Shown: positions 11,085-24,425, counted from the first letter of the stretch. The stretch: DNA of 64,000 bases from Pavona decussata (GCA_977016875.1 CDRNST010000195.1:3410001-3474000), one strand, 5' to 3'. Notes: a model not told the origin generated them from the letters alone. Translations and numbers: made by a program.

Positions 11085-11468
11085 CGAGCCATCGAACCAT
11101 CGAACCAACGATCCAACAATTCACCGAACCAACGATCCACCGAACCAACGATCTATCGAACCAACGAACCACCGAACCAAAGATCCACCGAACCAACGAT
11201 CTATCGAACCAACGAACCAACGATCCACCGAACCAACGATCTATCGAACCAACGAACCAACGATCCACCGAACCAACGATCTATCGAACCAACGAACCAC
11301 CGAGCCAAAGATCCACCGAACCAACGATCTATCGAACCAACGATCCACCGAACCAACGATCTACCGGACCAACGATCTATCGAACCAACGATCTATCGGA
11401 CCAACGATCTATCGAACCAACGATCCACCGAAGCAACGATCCATTGAACTAACGAGCCGCCGATCCGT
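11085..11468. repeat. Minisatellite: 48 in-register 8-bp units (CGAACCAA/CGATCCAC/CGATCTAT)
   Basis: Parses exactly into 48 octamers with no indels, and 44 of them begin with CG. It lies 30 bp upstream of the transposase ORF. Confidence 0.95.
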
Positions 11469-11929
11469 TAGACCACCAATCATCAGTCTCTCGTTACGGA
11501 GTGACGTCACTGCTGACTTGGTATATGGTGCACCAGCCAACCACGGTCTGAAAAGGAACTTTCAATATTTAGAACAACTTTGTATTTCACGCTACGCGAA
11601 ATACAGTTTTATCCTGGAAATGCGAGGATGTATTTAGCCATGTGGGACAAGCTCATGTATGTATATGTTCTGCGCCATGTAAGTAAATGAGTTGATATTC
11701 TAAAACACTAGTAAAATTTGTCTTGGGTAATTTTATCTACGCTTTGTTCGAGCGACGTAAAGTTTGAGAAAATCTTCTAAAATACTGCAACTTGAAGTAA
11801 ACAAGTTGCCCGCCGCGATTCTGTTTTCGCTGAGATTTACCGGAAGTTAAAAATAATTGGTTCTCATGTGACATTTGATGTGACAGTGTTGCCCCCAAGG
11901 GAGCGACGCCATTTGAGGGCATTCGTAAA

Positions 11930-12071
11930 ATGTCTGGGCTCAGCGGCAGGCGTTTCCTTTCCTTCCCCGCCCCTCCCCCCCGCTCCTGCTTTTTGCTCCT
12001 TTTTAACAAATGCCCTCGCGCGCTTGCCTCACTTGGCTTGAAGGAAACGGAAATGACTGCTACGCAGGCTA
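11930..12071. mobile_element. Academ-type non-autonomous element end
   Basis: Terminal CTGCTACGCAGGCTA (reverse complement TAGCCTGCGTAGCAG) preceded by a pyrimidine-rich subterminal tract. Confidence 0.5.
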
Positions 12072-14624
12072 ATTGTCATTCTCTTAGTTCCCTATGTATT
12101 GTCTTGTTGGACATTTTTAATTTTAGGTTTCGTTGTAAATCCTGCTGTGCGGATGTGCTTGGCATCTTCATCGGAAAGTTTAACGGTCCATCGCAATGAC
12201 AGTTCTTCACCATTCCATGGTGTCAATTGACTTCGTAGTGGTTTCTTGATGAACACGATCTTTACTGATGCAAATTGGAAATTTCTTTTAATTCGTTGGT
12301 CTCTATTTCTCGGTTTCCAAAGAGCTGTTGCCCCGACATGAAGCTCACCTTCGGAAATTGCTTTATAGCGTGACAGACAATGTGCATCCTCCCCTGATGG
12401 TCTTCACTTTAAATGCCACGTAGGCTGTGGTTTTCTTCCAATCAGTTTTCTGGGATACTTTTCAATGTGCCATAGGAATCATACTGGATTATTAAAAAAA
12501 TGATACTATTTCTAATATTTAGTACATGGTGGCTCAATTTTGTGTAGCATTGGGGCCCAACCATTTGGATTTTTTTTTTTTTGCATAGTTCATCAATGTG
12601 TAGATAAATTATACCATGTTCCTGTCAAGAGTTAAACCTGGCTAAAAGTTTCTGTGAAGGGAGATTTTAGTCTTATCAAGTATTGTCTCCAAGCATGGGG
12701 CTGTGTTGACCTGGCTTTCTAGCGATATGCGTCCCTGTAATCAGCAGCAAATTAATGTTACGCACAAAATAAAAATATACAAAGAGAGTTGCCAAATTTA
12801 GCAAAATTCGGAACTTCACCATATAATTAATATTTTATAAACTAAGTTAAATTTAGAGCAATCATGCAGTGAGGCAAGGGAGTGTACAACTGCTCTAATT
12901 CTACAAAACTTTGTGCATAACTTGCATTCAGGAGTTGAAAAAGATTCAAAGTAAGCTGTTGATTAACAGAACTTAACAGTGCACAAATGCATTGCTTTTT
13001 AATTATCCGCACTTCTATTTTTTACCTTGACAGCCTCAGAGTGATGGCTTTCATCCAATGTTGATTCCTCTTGGCTTTGGTTGAACTCTGTGGTAACAAG
13101 AGTAATAAAAAAATGACCTGAACATGTTTTAGTTAACCACTTATCTTGGAATCTATCCCTTTTGATTTACATAGACAAAATGCTAAGTTATTTAATTTTG
13201 CTAACAGTAACCTACTCCTTGAAACAACATGAAACACAATACTGCTGGGTTGACCTAAGTGATACATTTGTTTTGGGGGCTTGTTGCATACATTAGCATT
13301 TATCAGATTTGTCACTTAATGTTTGGTGCAAAAGTAAGCCTATAACCAAAAAAGGAAATACTACGATTTGTATATCAATTAAAGGCAATATATTTAACAG
13401 CATTGTAGTGTCGGAAAACAAACAGTACCTTGACCCCTTGCAAACAATGTATCCTCGAACAGGGCAACCTCAGCTTCCATTTCTGTTGGAGGCATTGCTT
13501 GTTGGCTCTCCTCCTCAGGTCCCGGGCTGTAGTCTACTTCTGGTCTACTGGACAGACCAAGGGCTAAAATCTCCAAAACAGACAACCAGGTTTGACAAAG
13601 AAAGGTAAAAAAAAAAAAAATAGTAATTACGTAAATACTGGCAAAAATATTATTGTGAGATCACTTAGTCCTCAAATTTAATTTATATTTAACTTAATGC
13701 TTGAAGGCATGTTGAGGACCTGCAAGAGCTTTAATTTATGGTTTGTTTTTCTCAGGTTGAAAACTTTCATTTTTAAATGGAAACAAGAAAAATAATATGG
13801 CATTTATAAAGACTAAACAACATTTACTTACCATATCTAACCCATTCTATGAACATTTGGTTCAAGAAGCTCAGTCGAACTTTGTGAGCCCTCCTGGAGC
13901 TCACAGCAACCTCTCCCCCCTTGCCCTTTTTCCTACAGTCTGCCAAACTCCATTGGCAAGGGAAACTGGTACAGATACGCCTTTCTCTACTCCTGCATTT
14001 AAAAAATCCGTGATTTCCTGCAGAAGAATAAGGACATACATTAATTGGGCCTACTGCACAGTTCACTGGATTTGACCTCTCAGTGTCCACACATACACAC
14101 ACAAACCAATGCTATTTCCTATTTAACTAGTTGTATTTTACACTGCCACTAATTCTTCCTTTTTTTGTAGCATAACCAACACATTTTGTCAAGACAGAAC
14201 AATCAATGTTTTGTAAACAGCATTGGCTTCCTTAGGTAGATTGCCCTCTCATTTTTATTTCCCTTTCAAAGGAATTAAACTTTTATTTAACGTGTGTTAA
14301 TATCAAGTTAACCACCACCTCAAATTTTAAATTACTGATCAAGAAATGTTTAAAATAAATATCCCATTTAGACCTCCTGCACCAAGGAGGTTGATGAGTC
14401 CAGAGAGAGGGCATACGGCTTCTCTCCACTTTGTTCCCCAACCATATTCACTGAAGCAAATGGGTTTATCCAGATGTGGACCTGAAAAGGGTGACATTTT
14501 AGCAATCAATTGAAAATGAAAAGAGGGACATCGGGGTTAATGGGAATCGAAGAATAACGGTTGTGAAAAGTTGAGAGAAAAATGGGAGAAGAGAGGGTGC
14601 AAACTAGGAATCACAAGGTGATGA
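12072..14624 (-). mobile_element. Spliced MULE-like element remnant, copy A
   Basis: Homologous to 48312-50161 in three blocks (12072-12462, 13550-13960, 14410-14624). GT-AG exons include ...SSRRAHKVRLSFLNQMFIEWVRY|G and ALGLSSRPEVDY...GQ|G. The 3' block encodes a degenerate PARP-zinc-finger-like WHLK.RPSG..AHC...GELHV...RNF segment. Confidence 0.5.
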
Positions 14625-14631
14625 GTGTTAT

Positions 14632-15352
14632 TCAATAGATCTCTCTCAAATAAAAATTAAATAAGTACCAGAAGCGTTTCCACAGTTCCAGTTCTTGTGA
14701 CGCATTACTTGGTGATGGCAGATCAGGAGAGTAATGCTCGATAAGCTTCTCTTGCGAACACTTGACAAGCTTCTGCAAGTTGAAAGGTATCAGCAGCAGT
14801 CCAAGCAACGCTGCTTCTGACAGAGCATTAAAGCGGGTACTCATTTGCTGCAGCAGGTTGTCAAAGAAGGGAAGAAATAATGTGCATCGAAAGTAGGCGA
14901 CTGGTGTCTTGGTATTGGTGTTGTTGGGCAGTGTCTGTCTACCACAAGTGCGCGGGATGGTGATCTTTACGTCTGCTTTCTTAGCCATTTTTTGGATCGT
15001 TCATACACTGAATGCGCAAACACTGTTTTTGCATCCTTGTTAATATCTGCCAGCTGATCTTTCACCACATTAATATGCCTGTATGCCTCAATAACATCCA
15101 ATGTCGAACCCTGTAACTAACGGCTAAGTCCTACAGTGAATCCAAAAAGATGCTTGGCAGTGTAAAAGGCTGCAATGAACACAGGGTTCTTGATTTGATG
15201 AAGCAGCCCTTATTAACGCCTGTTACGTTGAAAAAATCAAAGACTGCTTACAAAATGATAAAATTATTGTATATTTTGACCAAAAAAACGTATCTGACGA
15301 GCTGAAAGGGGGGATCGCGGCGCCCTTGCCACCCCCCCTAAATCCGTCCCTG
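14632..15352 (-). mobile_element. Deleted hAT (Tip100/ZMYM1-like) transposon
   Basis: LQGSTLDVIEAY and IPRTCGRQT..N....P..YFR..LFLPFFDNLLQQMSTRF motifs. A hAT-like terminus CAGGGACGGATTTAGGGGGGG lies at 15352 on the minus strand. Confidence 0.7.
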
Positions 15353-15354
15353 CA

Positions 15355-15489
15355 ATAGGCCATTTTACAGTTGTGTTTTTTAGTGACTTGCCTTGGATTG
15401 GAAGCAAGGCTGGGGGTGACCTTGTTTTGATACAAACCTCACCGTTTTTCACATGTAAAAGCAGACTAGTTAGCATAAGAACAGCATGA
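15355..15489. mobile_element. Half copy of the palindromic MITE at 58471-58711
   Basis: ATAGGCCATTTTACAGTTGTG...ACTAGTTAGCATAAGAACAGCATG aligns to the left arm of the 58.5-kb MITE. Confidence 0.75.
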
Positions 15490-15830
15490 AAAAATAATTG
15501 AAAGACGTTCTAATAATGACACTCATGCACAAAACTCTCGTTTCCGGTTCTGCTGGACAAGGGTAAGAAGAGCTCTGGGAACAAACTTGGTAAGTTTGAG
15601 TAAGTTGATTTTCGGGACCGAAACGTTTTCCGCATTTTTGAGAAATGCGCCCCTGGTACTGTTAGTAGTAACATAAACAATGATTACAATATGGCCCTTT
15701 CAGAAACATGCTGAAATACGGTAAATAAGTTTATAACTGAGAACAAAGTTCAGAAGTGTTGCTTTCAGAGGGCAGCAAAGCGCAGGACAGCATTAGTTTT
15801 TGTGGGACAATCTTTAGGTCATTCTTGATG

Positions 15831-16620
15831 TTACTTCACTTGATTTATTCTCGGAAACATTGAAGATGACGACGATTTTTCATTGCCGTCATCTTCCTTG
15901 TGTATTTCCTCTGAGTCCAAAAGGGCGTGGGAAGTAGACAGTTCCATTGGTAAATCTTTTGAAAGTTCATGTCTGCACTCAGGGCAAGGGATGCCACAAT
16001 TAAAGCAAACTGGTATGTTGTCAAACCAAGGCATGGTACAGGGCTCGTTCACAGAGAAGGCACAGTCCCATTTAGCGTAGGCTGGATTTTTTCTTCACCA
16101 TTGATCTTGGCACCACTCAATCATTCTTCTTGTTGCTTGCTCTCCTGGTTTCCAACCCTCTTTTGCTGTTTTTACTTCTTCCTTCATTGCCGTCATCCAC
16201 TTCCTTGTGTATTTCCTCGGAGTCCAAAAGGGCGTGGGAAGTAGACAGTTCCATTGGTAAATCCTTTGAAAGTTCATGTCTGCACTCAGGGCAAGGAACA
16301 CCACAATTAAAGCAAACTGGTATGTTGTCAAACCAAGGCATGGTACAGGGCTCGTTCACAGAGAAGGGACAGTCCTCTTTAGGGTAGGCTTGATTTTTTT
16401 TTTCGCCATTAATCATGGGACCACTCAATCATTCTTCTTGTTGCTCTATCTCCTGGTTTCCAACCCTCTGTTGCCGTTTTTACTCCTTTCTGGATCCTGG
16501 CTTTTAAATGGTCGAACGTCTCGCATTCAACAGTTTGCAAACAAAATTTGCGACAACCTTGTGCATTTTCCAGGTGAATTTCAGGTCCGACATGTTCCTT
16601 CTTTGTTTCTTAACAAATCC
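15831..16620 (-). pseudogene. Cys-rich coding remnant with ~300-bp tandem duplication (15881-16181 / 16185-16482)
   Basis: Two near-identical units encode GWKPG.ATRRMIEW...CPFSVNEPCTMPWFDNIPVCFNCG.PCPECRHEL, with stops and frameshifts. Confidence 0.6.
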
Positions 16621-17401
16621 TAACATTAGAATAAACTGCCAGACAGCTATATCATAGAGTGGTCAAGGAAAAGACAAACGGTTTGAAGACGGCATGTTCA
16701 GATTAGAGTTGTGAAGACCGGACTGAAGACCCTGGGAACGCTTACTGGTTCCCAGGGTCTTCTCTGTCATTCTGAATCCGGGAAAGGCCCTGGGGACAGG
16801 TCGTATCATTCTTCCTTCACCTTTCTGTTCTCACCTTCTATTTGTTGGGAATATGGCGTCCTCGTCATCTACTCTTCGGCGGTTATGCAAACAGAGCCTT
16901 CGAAGAGTAACCTTGATGCAAAGAAGAAGAATAAAATTAATATGGATCAGTTTGGTCTGAAATGACACTTTGATAACCAAATTTTGTAGGGTTTACCTAA
17001 AATACGGAATCCGGTAATCAGAAAAGACTTCTCATCTCAGTTTTAAATACCTTTTCATACTTACATAGAGGACAATATATATATGAAACCAAATGTTTTT
17101 GCAAATGGCTTAACTCTTTTCAGCAGTCACTGAGTGAGTATTGCTAATATCCATAGGCAAATATGTTTTATTATTAAACGAAATTTTGGTGGCAAAACAA
17201 TCTTCTTTTGTATAGTTACGTTCTGTTATGATAAGAACAATCTCAGTATGAAAAAAATGCAATTCAGTAACTAGGAAAGCTGTAAGACAAGGGTAAGATG
17301 TTTCTTTTCTTTCTTTCTTTCTTTTTTGTTGCTGTGTAACTTATGGGTCTACAGTGTCCCACTGAATATCACTTTCGTGATGTTGGCTCCCTGTGTAAAG
17401 A

Positions 17402-17405
<4 letters not shown>

Positions 17406-17441
<36 letters not shown>
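17406..17441. repeat. (TTA)n microsatellite
   Basis: About 12 perfect TTA units. Confidence 0.95.
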
Positions 17442-17442
<1 letters not shown>

Positions 17443-20343
17443 GTCACATGCTGATTGGCTTGTGTCTAGGGATTGTTGCTATTTTGGTAGAGCTAGAAGC
17501 GAGTGGTGGTGTTTTGACAAGTACAAAGCATCATGGAGAGATTTTTGGTGGACATCAAGTACTACCGGTCTGTGGGAACATTGGTTGGCTGTTGATCCGG
17601 AAACTTTCGAGTCATAGTTTGGCCATTTGCAGAGATGATCACTTTAAGAGATAAGAAGTCTCTTCTAATTTCCAGATTCCATGTTTTGGCTAAACCCATT
17701 TTGATATGCCTCCAGCTGGCAGTGTAAGAATAAACCAAGTTGAAGGGAGCAGGTACACTGAAATTTGTGTCAGCTTAAAGTGCACCAAATCAAATAACTT
17801 AACTCTGCACTTCCTGGCCATTACTGCGCAGCAGCACACTGCCTTTGGGGGCATACAAACCTGATTGTGTGAAATTCACACAAAATGGCGGATGAGCAAG
17901 GACTGATAAGAGCACATGTATCTCCCAGGAAACGCTGCACAATGCAGGCTCGAATGAATTACTTATATGAGTATAACATATACTTCCCCTTTTAGTTTTT
18001 TTTTGCTCAACAGGTCAGGCCATTGCACTTACCGCAGTACAGTTAAGACTAACAGAGACAACGAACTGCGAAAATCCTGACAACAGAGAATGCACAAATT
18101 ATACACTGTACAAAGATATTGCACACTTCTGACAGACAATCAAGAATGTGTTTAGGGCAACTAAGAGAGATGTGGGTATATAATAGCTAATAGTTATTTA
18201 ATAATGATTATAGTTGCATATGCAGATATCCCAGAAGTGCTCTGTTTTCCTCCTGAGAGGAGGAGCGGGTGATGTCTGCTTGCCAGACCGTGTAGCTTAT
18301 AATAATAATAATAGGTAAGTTCATGGTCAGGCTTTTTCCACAGTTCTTTTCAGCGAAGTAGATAAGGCCTATGTTGCTTTCACCTACCAAATTAAGAAAA
18401 ATACTTTTATAATAATAATAATAATAATAATAATAGCTCTAGTGGTACATTCAATCAAAAGACTCAGTTGTCGTTACACATAACTTCAGTTTGGGGCCTT
18501 CCCGTGGATTAATGGCTTGGGTTCGGTTCAGCTTAGAGTATTATCTTACGTGGAGATGTGGACTCCCTTCTGGTAAAATATAATTAGATATGAGTTCACT
18601 GACCCTGCTTTTTGGCAGGAAGCATAAAGATAAAGATAATCATTGATGACATGAATCAAAATTTTGTAAGCTTAATTTCGGTGAATCCCCAAGAAATATG
18701 ACAGTCCAGCATTTTCTTGTGAGAAGACATGGATGAAGGCGCTTTCAACTACGAGTACCTTCAAGGTTGGTCGGCATTTTGTTTGAATTTACGAGATCAT
18801 TGAAAACTTGCTTTCCAAACAAGAAGGACTTGGTTATTTCTAAGACCCCAGGACTATAATTCAAAAAATCTACCGTGTCCATTGAAATATCTAATGTTGG
18901 GAAATCTGTTTTCATGGGTAGTCTATATGAACTACTAAAATCAAATACAGAAATTGAGAAAAAACTGAACAAACCCGAAGTGCAAGCGATTAACTGGTCC
19001 ACAGAACTATAATGTACCAAGTTAGAAGCCATACTTGCTCTATAAAAACAGGTCCCGGCCCTTTGTCTGTGAATTAAAATTTGTCTTATTTTATATCAGT
19101 TGTGTAATAGTAGGGAGAGGAAGTGGGCAATTATGTTCATGTTATATCACAAGGACCAAAGAAGATTTTAAATAATTATCGATGTTAATGAATTTTTAGG
19201 TACTAAATATTTAGATTTATTACTTATTGGTTAACTGTTTTATCTTTCTTTATCATACTTAATTAAGTGATTTAAAAGAAAACTATTTAGGAATAAACTG
19301 GCAAATTTCTAATGACTTTTATATTCTTTATGATGCAGACCCTCTGGTGTCAACAAGCGACCATAGTGACAACCGAGAAACCCCATATACGTCTTCATAT
19401 TATTCTGATTTTGATAACTGATTTGAAAGAGCAAGGAGGGAAAGCCAGCAAATACGCCCAAGCCACATCAATGGGACCTAAATGTCATGATATTACGTCC
19501 CAAAACACTTTTAAGGCCAAATTTATTACATTAATAGTTAAACGCTTTGGTTAATATTTAGATTTATTAAAGAAAAATGATGGAAAAATGAATGGCAAAT
19601 CCCCCAAAGATAAGGCAGGGAAGAGGCAGCTGACGAACTAACGAAAGCGAATAAACAACGGGAACAACACATGTGATTTACAACTGATAAATAATTAATA
19701 AATATTGCTTTCTTCTACTGAGTACAGGTTTTGTTTTTTTGAAAATAACAATAATATCTGTTATTTTATAAAAATTGTATACAATGTTGGTCCTTATTTT
19801 GATGACTCGATAATGCGATCGGCCAAGCGGTCTAGCTGACCAGCCATTAACCAGAGCTGGGCAGCTACCCGCTTCGCGTCCATAGTAGATTTTTTCAATT
19901 CCTTTGCCTTTTTGATGAGTAAAAGTTGTTGCTCATTCAATCAGGCCTCCATCTCCAGTAGTTGTTTTTCTTTTTCCAGTTGCTTCTGATCTCTTTCATG
20001 AGCCTTGATGGCCTGGATGGCTCCCTTGATTTCGAGCTCTTCTTCCGGTGTTAACTGCAACAATGATGCGCCAAGCATTCTTAACTAACATTACTTAGAA
20101 AATTTAGATACCGAAATAGATGAGCTCATCTATGTTATTTAAAACAATAAACAACCACAGTATTAGCAAAAAGTTGAATGCCTTGTCTCTTCAGGAGCTC
20201 AGAAGGCAAACAAGGAAATAGGCCTTAGGGAGGGAGGGGATAGAAAATACTCGTAGAAGGTTAGGGACGCTTCTCATAACTCGAGTGTCACGTTTCTCTT
20301 TGTTTTAAAGGAAGTATTTAAAAGGAAATTAATATGGTGTATA

Positions 20344-20709
20344 TGTTTGCCCGATATACCATGATTAAAATCTAAATTAATGCATAATGCAATTCCATGG
20401 TTTAGTTTGAGTGAGGTACTATCTGCCAAAGGTTGACACATTTAAAACAAACAAACAAAACAGTGAAACCACTTTCAAATGTCCATTTAGAGAATACACA
20501 TTGTTGCCAACACAAGGGAATACATAGACAAGCTACTCTCAACAAGAAAAGCTATCCAAGGGAATACATAGACAAGCTACTCTCAACAAGAAAAGCTATC
20601 CACATTTTATCCGATATTTTGGAATATGAATTTTTTTCTGGGTTCAAATCCACTCTAATCCACTCTAATCCTAGCCATCCAAAGCTGCAGCAGACAGGTA
20701 TAGCTTCAG
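20344..20709. repeat. Dispersed duplicate of 23993-24308
   Basis: Direct repeat of ~320 bp at high identity; this copy carries an extra internal tandem duplication (CAAGGGAATACATAGACAAGCTACTCTCAACAAGAAAAGCTATC x2). Confidence 0.9.
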
Positions 20710-21099
20710 TATGCTAATACGATCCTTGGTTAAAAAAAAAGAAAGATAATGGCTAAAAGTAAGGGACACTGCATTTTAGACAATTATTCTTTCATTCCCA
20801 TGTGGCGTGTCAGTCCTGATTGAAAGGAGAACTCGTTTTGTTCATTTCATTTCAAACCAACAAAGTGGCATTGCTTAAAATTTTGGAACATGTACCATAC
20901 AAGAAATTATAGCAATTTCTGAAACTGACCTTTTTAGTATGTTTGGAAGGGTTTTGCAATAGCATCTTGTCCATTGTTTGCACTGTCCAGTTCACACTGA
21001 GTACACAAAACACAAATTGACCAAATTGGGTGCGCAAAATGAATGCTCAACACTTAATAGGTAGAGTATCGCATTGCTTAACCTACCTGCGTTTTTCCT

Positions 21100-22340
21100 C
21101 GCGGATTTGGTTTGCTACTTTGTCGCATACATCGCTTACAGTCACTGATTTGTAGTTGCTAGTTTCTGCCTCTTTCAAAACGCTATCGCTGGGAATAAAC
21201 TGAAAGCCGTTTGTGAGTCTGTCAATAATAAAGTCCCTGTCACGATCTGTTGCAAGATTTCGTATCCAGGCCTGTTGGTTAAGTGAGGATGTGATTGTCT
21301 ATGTGTTTATGTGTGTTTATAAGTCACGCTGTGGTTGCTGTTGGATGTTCGTGCTGTGGGTGACCCTGGTTGCAATTTGGCACCAAGCAAACATGCTGAA
21401 ATTGGCAGTTTGGCCAGTGGCATCTGGTTTGGGAATTAAATTGGCGGCAGATAGGAGTTGTGGGTGACGTTTGTGGTTGGCGGTTAAGGCGTGGGGGAAG
21501 TCTCTGTGCGTTGGGTGAGGTGGTAGCTGGGGTCTGCGAAGGACGGTGTTTAACGAGAAATCTGGTGTGAAGGTGCTGCGAGTTGCTCCCCCACCGAAAA
21601 CCATATGCGCACTGTAATTTACAATACCTGTTATCATATGCCAAAGCCGATGCGAGTGTATGAGACTCGAGGAGCGTGTCAAATTTTATTGTATAAGTCA
21701 AGTAATCAGAAATGGCGGTAGTGGTTGCAGACAGAAGCTCGTGCATAATTCGCGAGTTTGCGGCAACCCACAAAGAAAGGGTGATTTGTTCCAATTTTGG
21801 TTTTCCCCTTGCTGAGCGAATTATGATTTTTGCCCCACTGGAATAGCCTTTTTCACGGTTAACTCTGCTCATTTGAATTACAATGAAATATAGCATGTAT
21901 GTGAGGCAATTTCGGGCTATTTTGTAGTTTTAGCCCGAAATTGCCTTGCATCCACGTTGGATAACATTGTAATGCAAATGAGATAAATCAACCGTGAAAA
22001 GGGCTATTGTTTCGAATTTCTTGCTCTTCTTTACGATAGTCATGCGTTTCCAGGTTTACAAAGTCTGGAATTAACAGAGGTTTCTCACCTTGTTTAGCGC
22101 TCGCACCCTTATGCTGTTGGCCGAGAAACACGTGCGGATTGGTATCCAGTCTGGGAAGAGTTGATGGTGTTTAATGCAGCAGGCGTTTTGCATGAAGAAA
22201 AATCGGTCAATCCTAGGACCAGAAGAGATTCATCCAGTGAGCTGGCACTTTCGAATTTCTTTAGAATTTCCTCTAGCCCTCCATCGCTCGCCAGGGACTT
22301 TGTCGTGACTGGGTCGTGCGCATCAGTAGCATCGCCAATC
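21100..22340 (-). mobile_element. DIRS/Ngaro-like retrotransposon gag fragment plus start of pol
   Basis: PLLIPDFV and W..AN.RIM..L...DY..Y...YD..Y..LQ...GFRWG motifs; CRQFN...C.WPNCQFQHVC..C...H zinc fingers; then pol-start-like LNQQAW...DRDFIID...NGF. Confidence 0.7.
21842..22008. mobile_element. Palindromic MITE inserted in DIRS gag
   Basis: TIRs AATAGCCTTTTTCACGGTT / AACCGTGAAAAGGGCTATT. The gag frame resumes on both sides. Confidence 0.75.
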
Positions 22341-23992
22341 GAAGATTGTGGGTTGACGTCCTGTCACAACTGTCTCAACTTTTTCAGTGCTTATGTCTTG
22401 CACTTCACACGGTTGGAATTAATTTAAGATAGAGTGTGAGGGGAATAAGACTGATAATGTCTGTGCAATTTATATTCGTTTTTTATAAGCTGCCTACGAT
22501 GATTAGTCGAAATTCATCTTTTCCACTACAATCGGCCTCCTCCATAAAATGAAATGTATTGTCTCCATTTCAGTTTGTTCCATGATTAAAAATGAGAACA
22601 TTAGCAGCATTTCTTCTAAACCTAAACAATTAATTTTTCATGTTATTATAAAACGAAATCATAATCACAAAAGCTTACCACAAAGTTTAAATTGATTTTG
22701 AAATCCACCCCTCTAAGTGGGAAGTTTGAATTTCCGAAAACAAATAAAAGGAGAAGTTAAGCCACAACAATTCATTTCGAAACGCCGCCAGTTATCAGAA
22801 ATGCTGCAAAGGCTTGATTAGTCCTGTATCTAAGCTAATATTTTATGAAATTATTATATTTCAACCTTGATTTGAGGGTCAGTAAAGGCATGTCCATCCA
22901 AGGCTTAGTGGAAAGTTAAATGGTCTGACTCCTTCAGCCAATATACATTGTAACATTTAACGATCGACCACGGTCAGCAGACAGACCGTCCAGAGTTCTG
23001 ACCATAGTCAGTATAAAACAACAATACCATGAAACCAAAATTTTGCAAATGAGAGTTTTGGACGGTCAAAGGCAGATTGTGTGTTTTTTTTGTGTAAAAA
23101 AAGAAAAGAACAAAAGAAAGAAAAAAAAGAAAAAATGCAATAAACAACCTAGGTTGGGTTCTTTGAACTGTCTGACTTTCGTGATGGCTGATCCAAACAT
23201 GTTAAGCAGTACCTCGTAGAACATGCTGTGTGTGTTCGTACTGGTGGATGTCGCGAAGGACTTAGCTTTATCATTACACAAGGTGTAGTAATGAATGACT
23301 AAATGGCTTTGCAAAAAGGAAAATGAAGACAAATGGCTCCGTTAAAAAGGAAACAATAATGCGGAATTTAACACTATTAGAATTACATTCCGTAAGTGAG
23401 TATTTGGTGAGGCACGTACATGTGCTAGACCTTTATTTACAAATTTGGGCGTCATCAGAGGGAAAGAGAACATAATTTCTAACAGCGTATCAAGTGGAAG
23501 CGACGAGAAAGCTTGCCTTCACTTATGACAAGCTTACATTTAATTTCAATAAGAAAATACTTACTTTTAAATAATGACGCTGTGCTGAAGCTCAGTGATC
23601 CTCCCTTTGTCATACTTTCAAGCAAAAGAGGAATGCCCACAACTGGATGTCTGGTTTACTTTCAAACTTGATACGAGTGTTGCCACCTTTTATATCAAGC
23701 ACAGCGAGATGCCCTTCGGCCAGAAAATTCTCTCACTTTTGGATGAGGGCCATTCAACGCAATTGATCTGGGCGGAATCCAGATTTAAATTTTAATAGCA
23801 TACATGTACACTTTTCCATTGGTCTATTCAAGTTAAATGACAGTCATTAGGAAAGTAATTATCAGTTTGAAAGTGATCATAGGCTATGAAATAATACTTA
23901 TAGTTGCCAGTGGCAAATGAGGCACTCCTGAGTAAAACTCCTCCGTTTCTGGGAACTTGAATGTAAGGTTTGTCTTTGTTTTTATGGTTTAT

Positions 23993-24308
23993 TTGTTGGC
24001 CTGATATACCATGATTAAAATCTAGATTAATGCATAATGCAATTGTGTGGTTTAGTTTGAGTGAAGTTCTATCTGCCAAAGGTTGACGCATTTAAAACAA
24101 ACAAACAAACAAAAAAGTTAAACCACTTTCACAATGTCGATTTAGAGAATACACATTGTTGCCAACACAAGGGAATATATAGACGAGCTACTCTCAACAA
24201 GAAAAGCTACCCACATTCTATCCGATATTTTGGAATATGAATTTTTTCTGGGTTCTAATCCACTCTAAACCTAGCCATCCAAGGCTGCAGCGGACAAGTA
24301 TAGCTTCA
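23993..24308. repeat. Dispersed duplicate of 20344-20709
   Basis: Direct sequence match; it abuts and truncates the recombinase gene at 24309. Confidence 0.9.
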
Positions 24309-24425
24309 AAACTCCCTATGGACTCTGATGTCATGCCCCAGGTGCCGTGCCAACCAGTCCAAGTCCACTTCTGTAAGGGCGGCTGTCTGCAAAACTGTCA
24401 CTATATACTTTCTAAGCTTTGTGCT

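Noticed and set aside
11029-11637. Three overlapping repetitive ORFs, or a CRISPR-like array
   Set aside because: The open frames are a by-product of a stop-free 8-bp repeat. There are no unique spacers and no cas genes, and the context is eukaryotic.
17343-17654. Poly-Tyr / poly-Leu signal-peptide ORFs
   Set aside because: These are translations of a (TTA)n microsatellite.
23140-23780. Possible minus-strand exons with GT-AG ends
   Set aside because: The frames contain stops and no family could be assigned; support is too weak.
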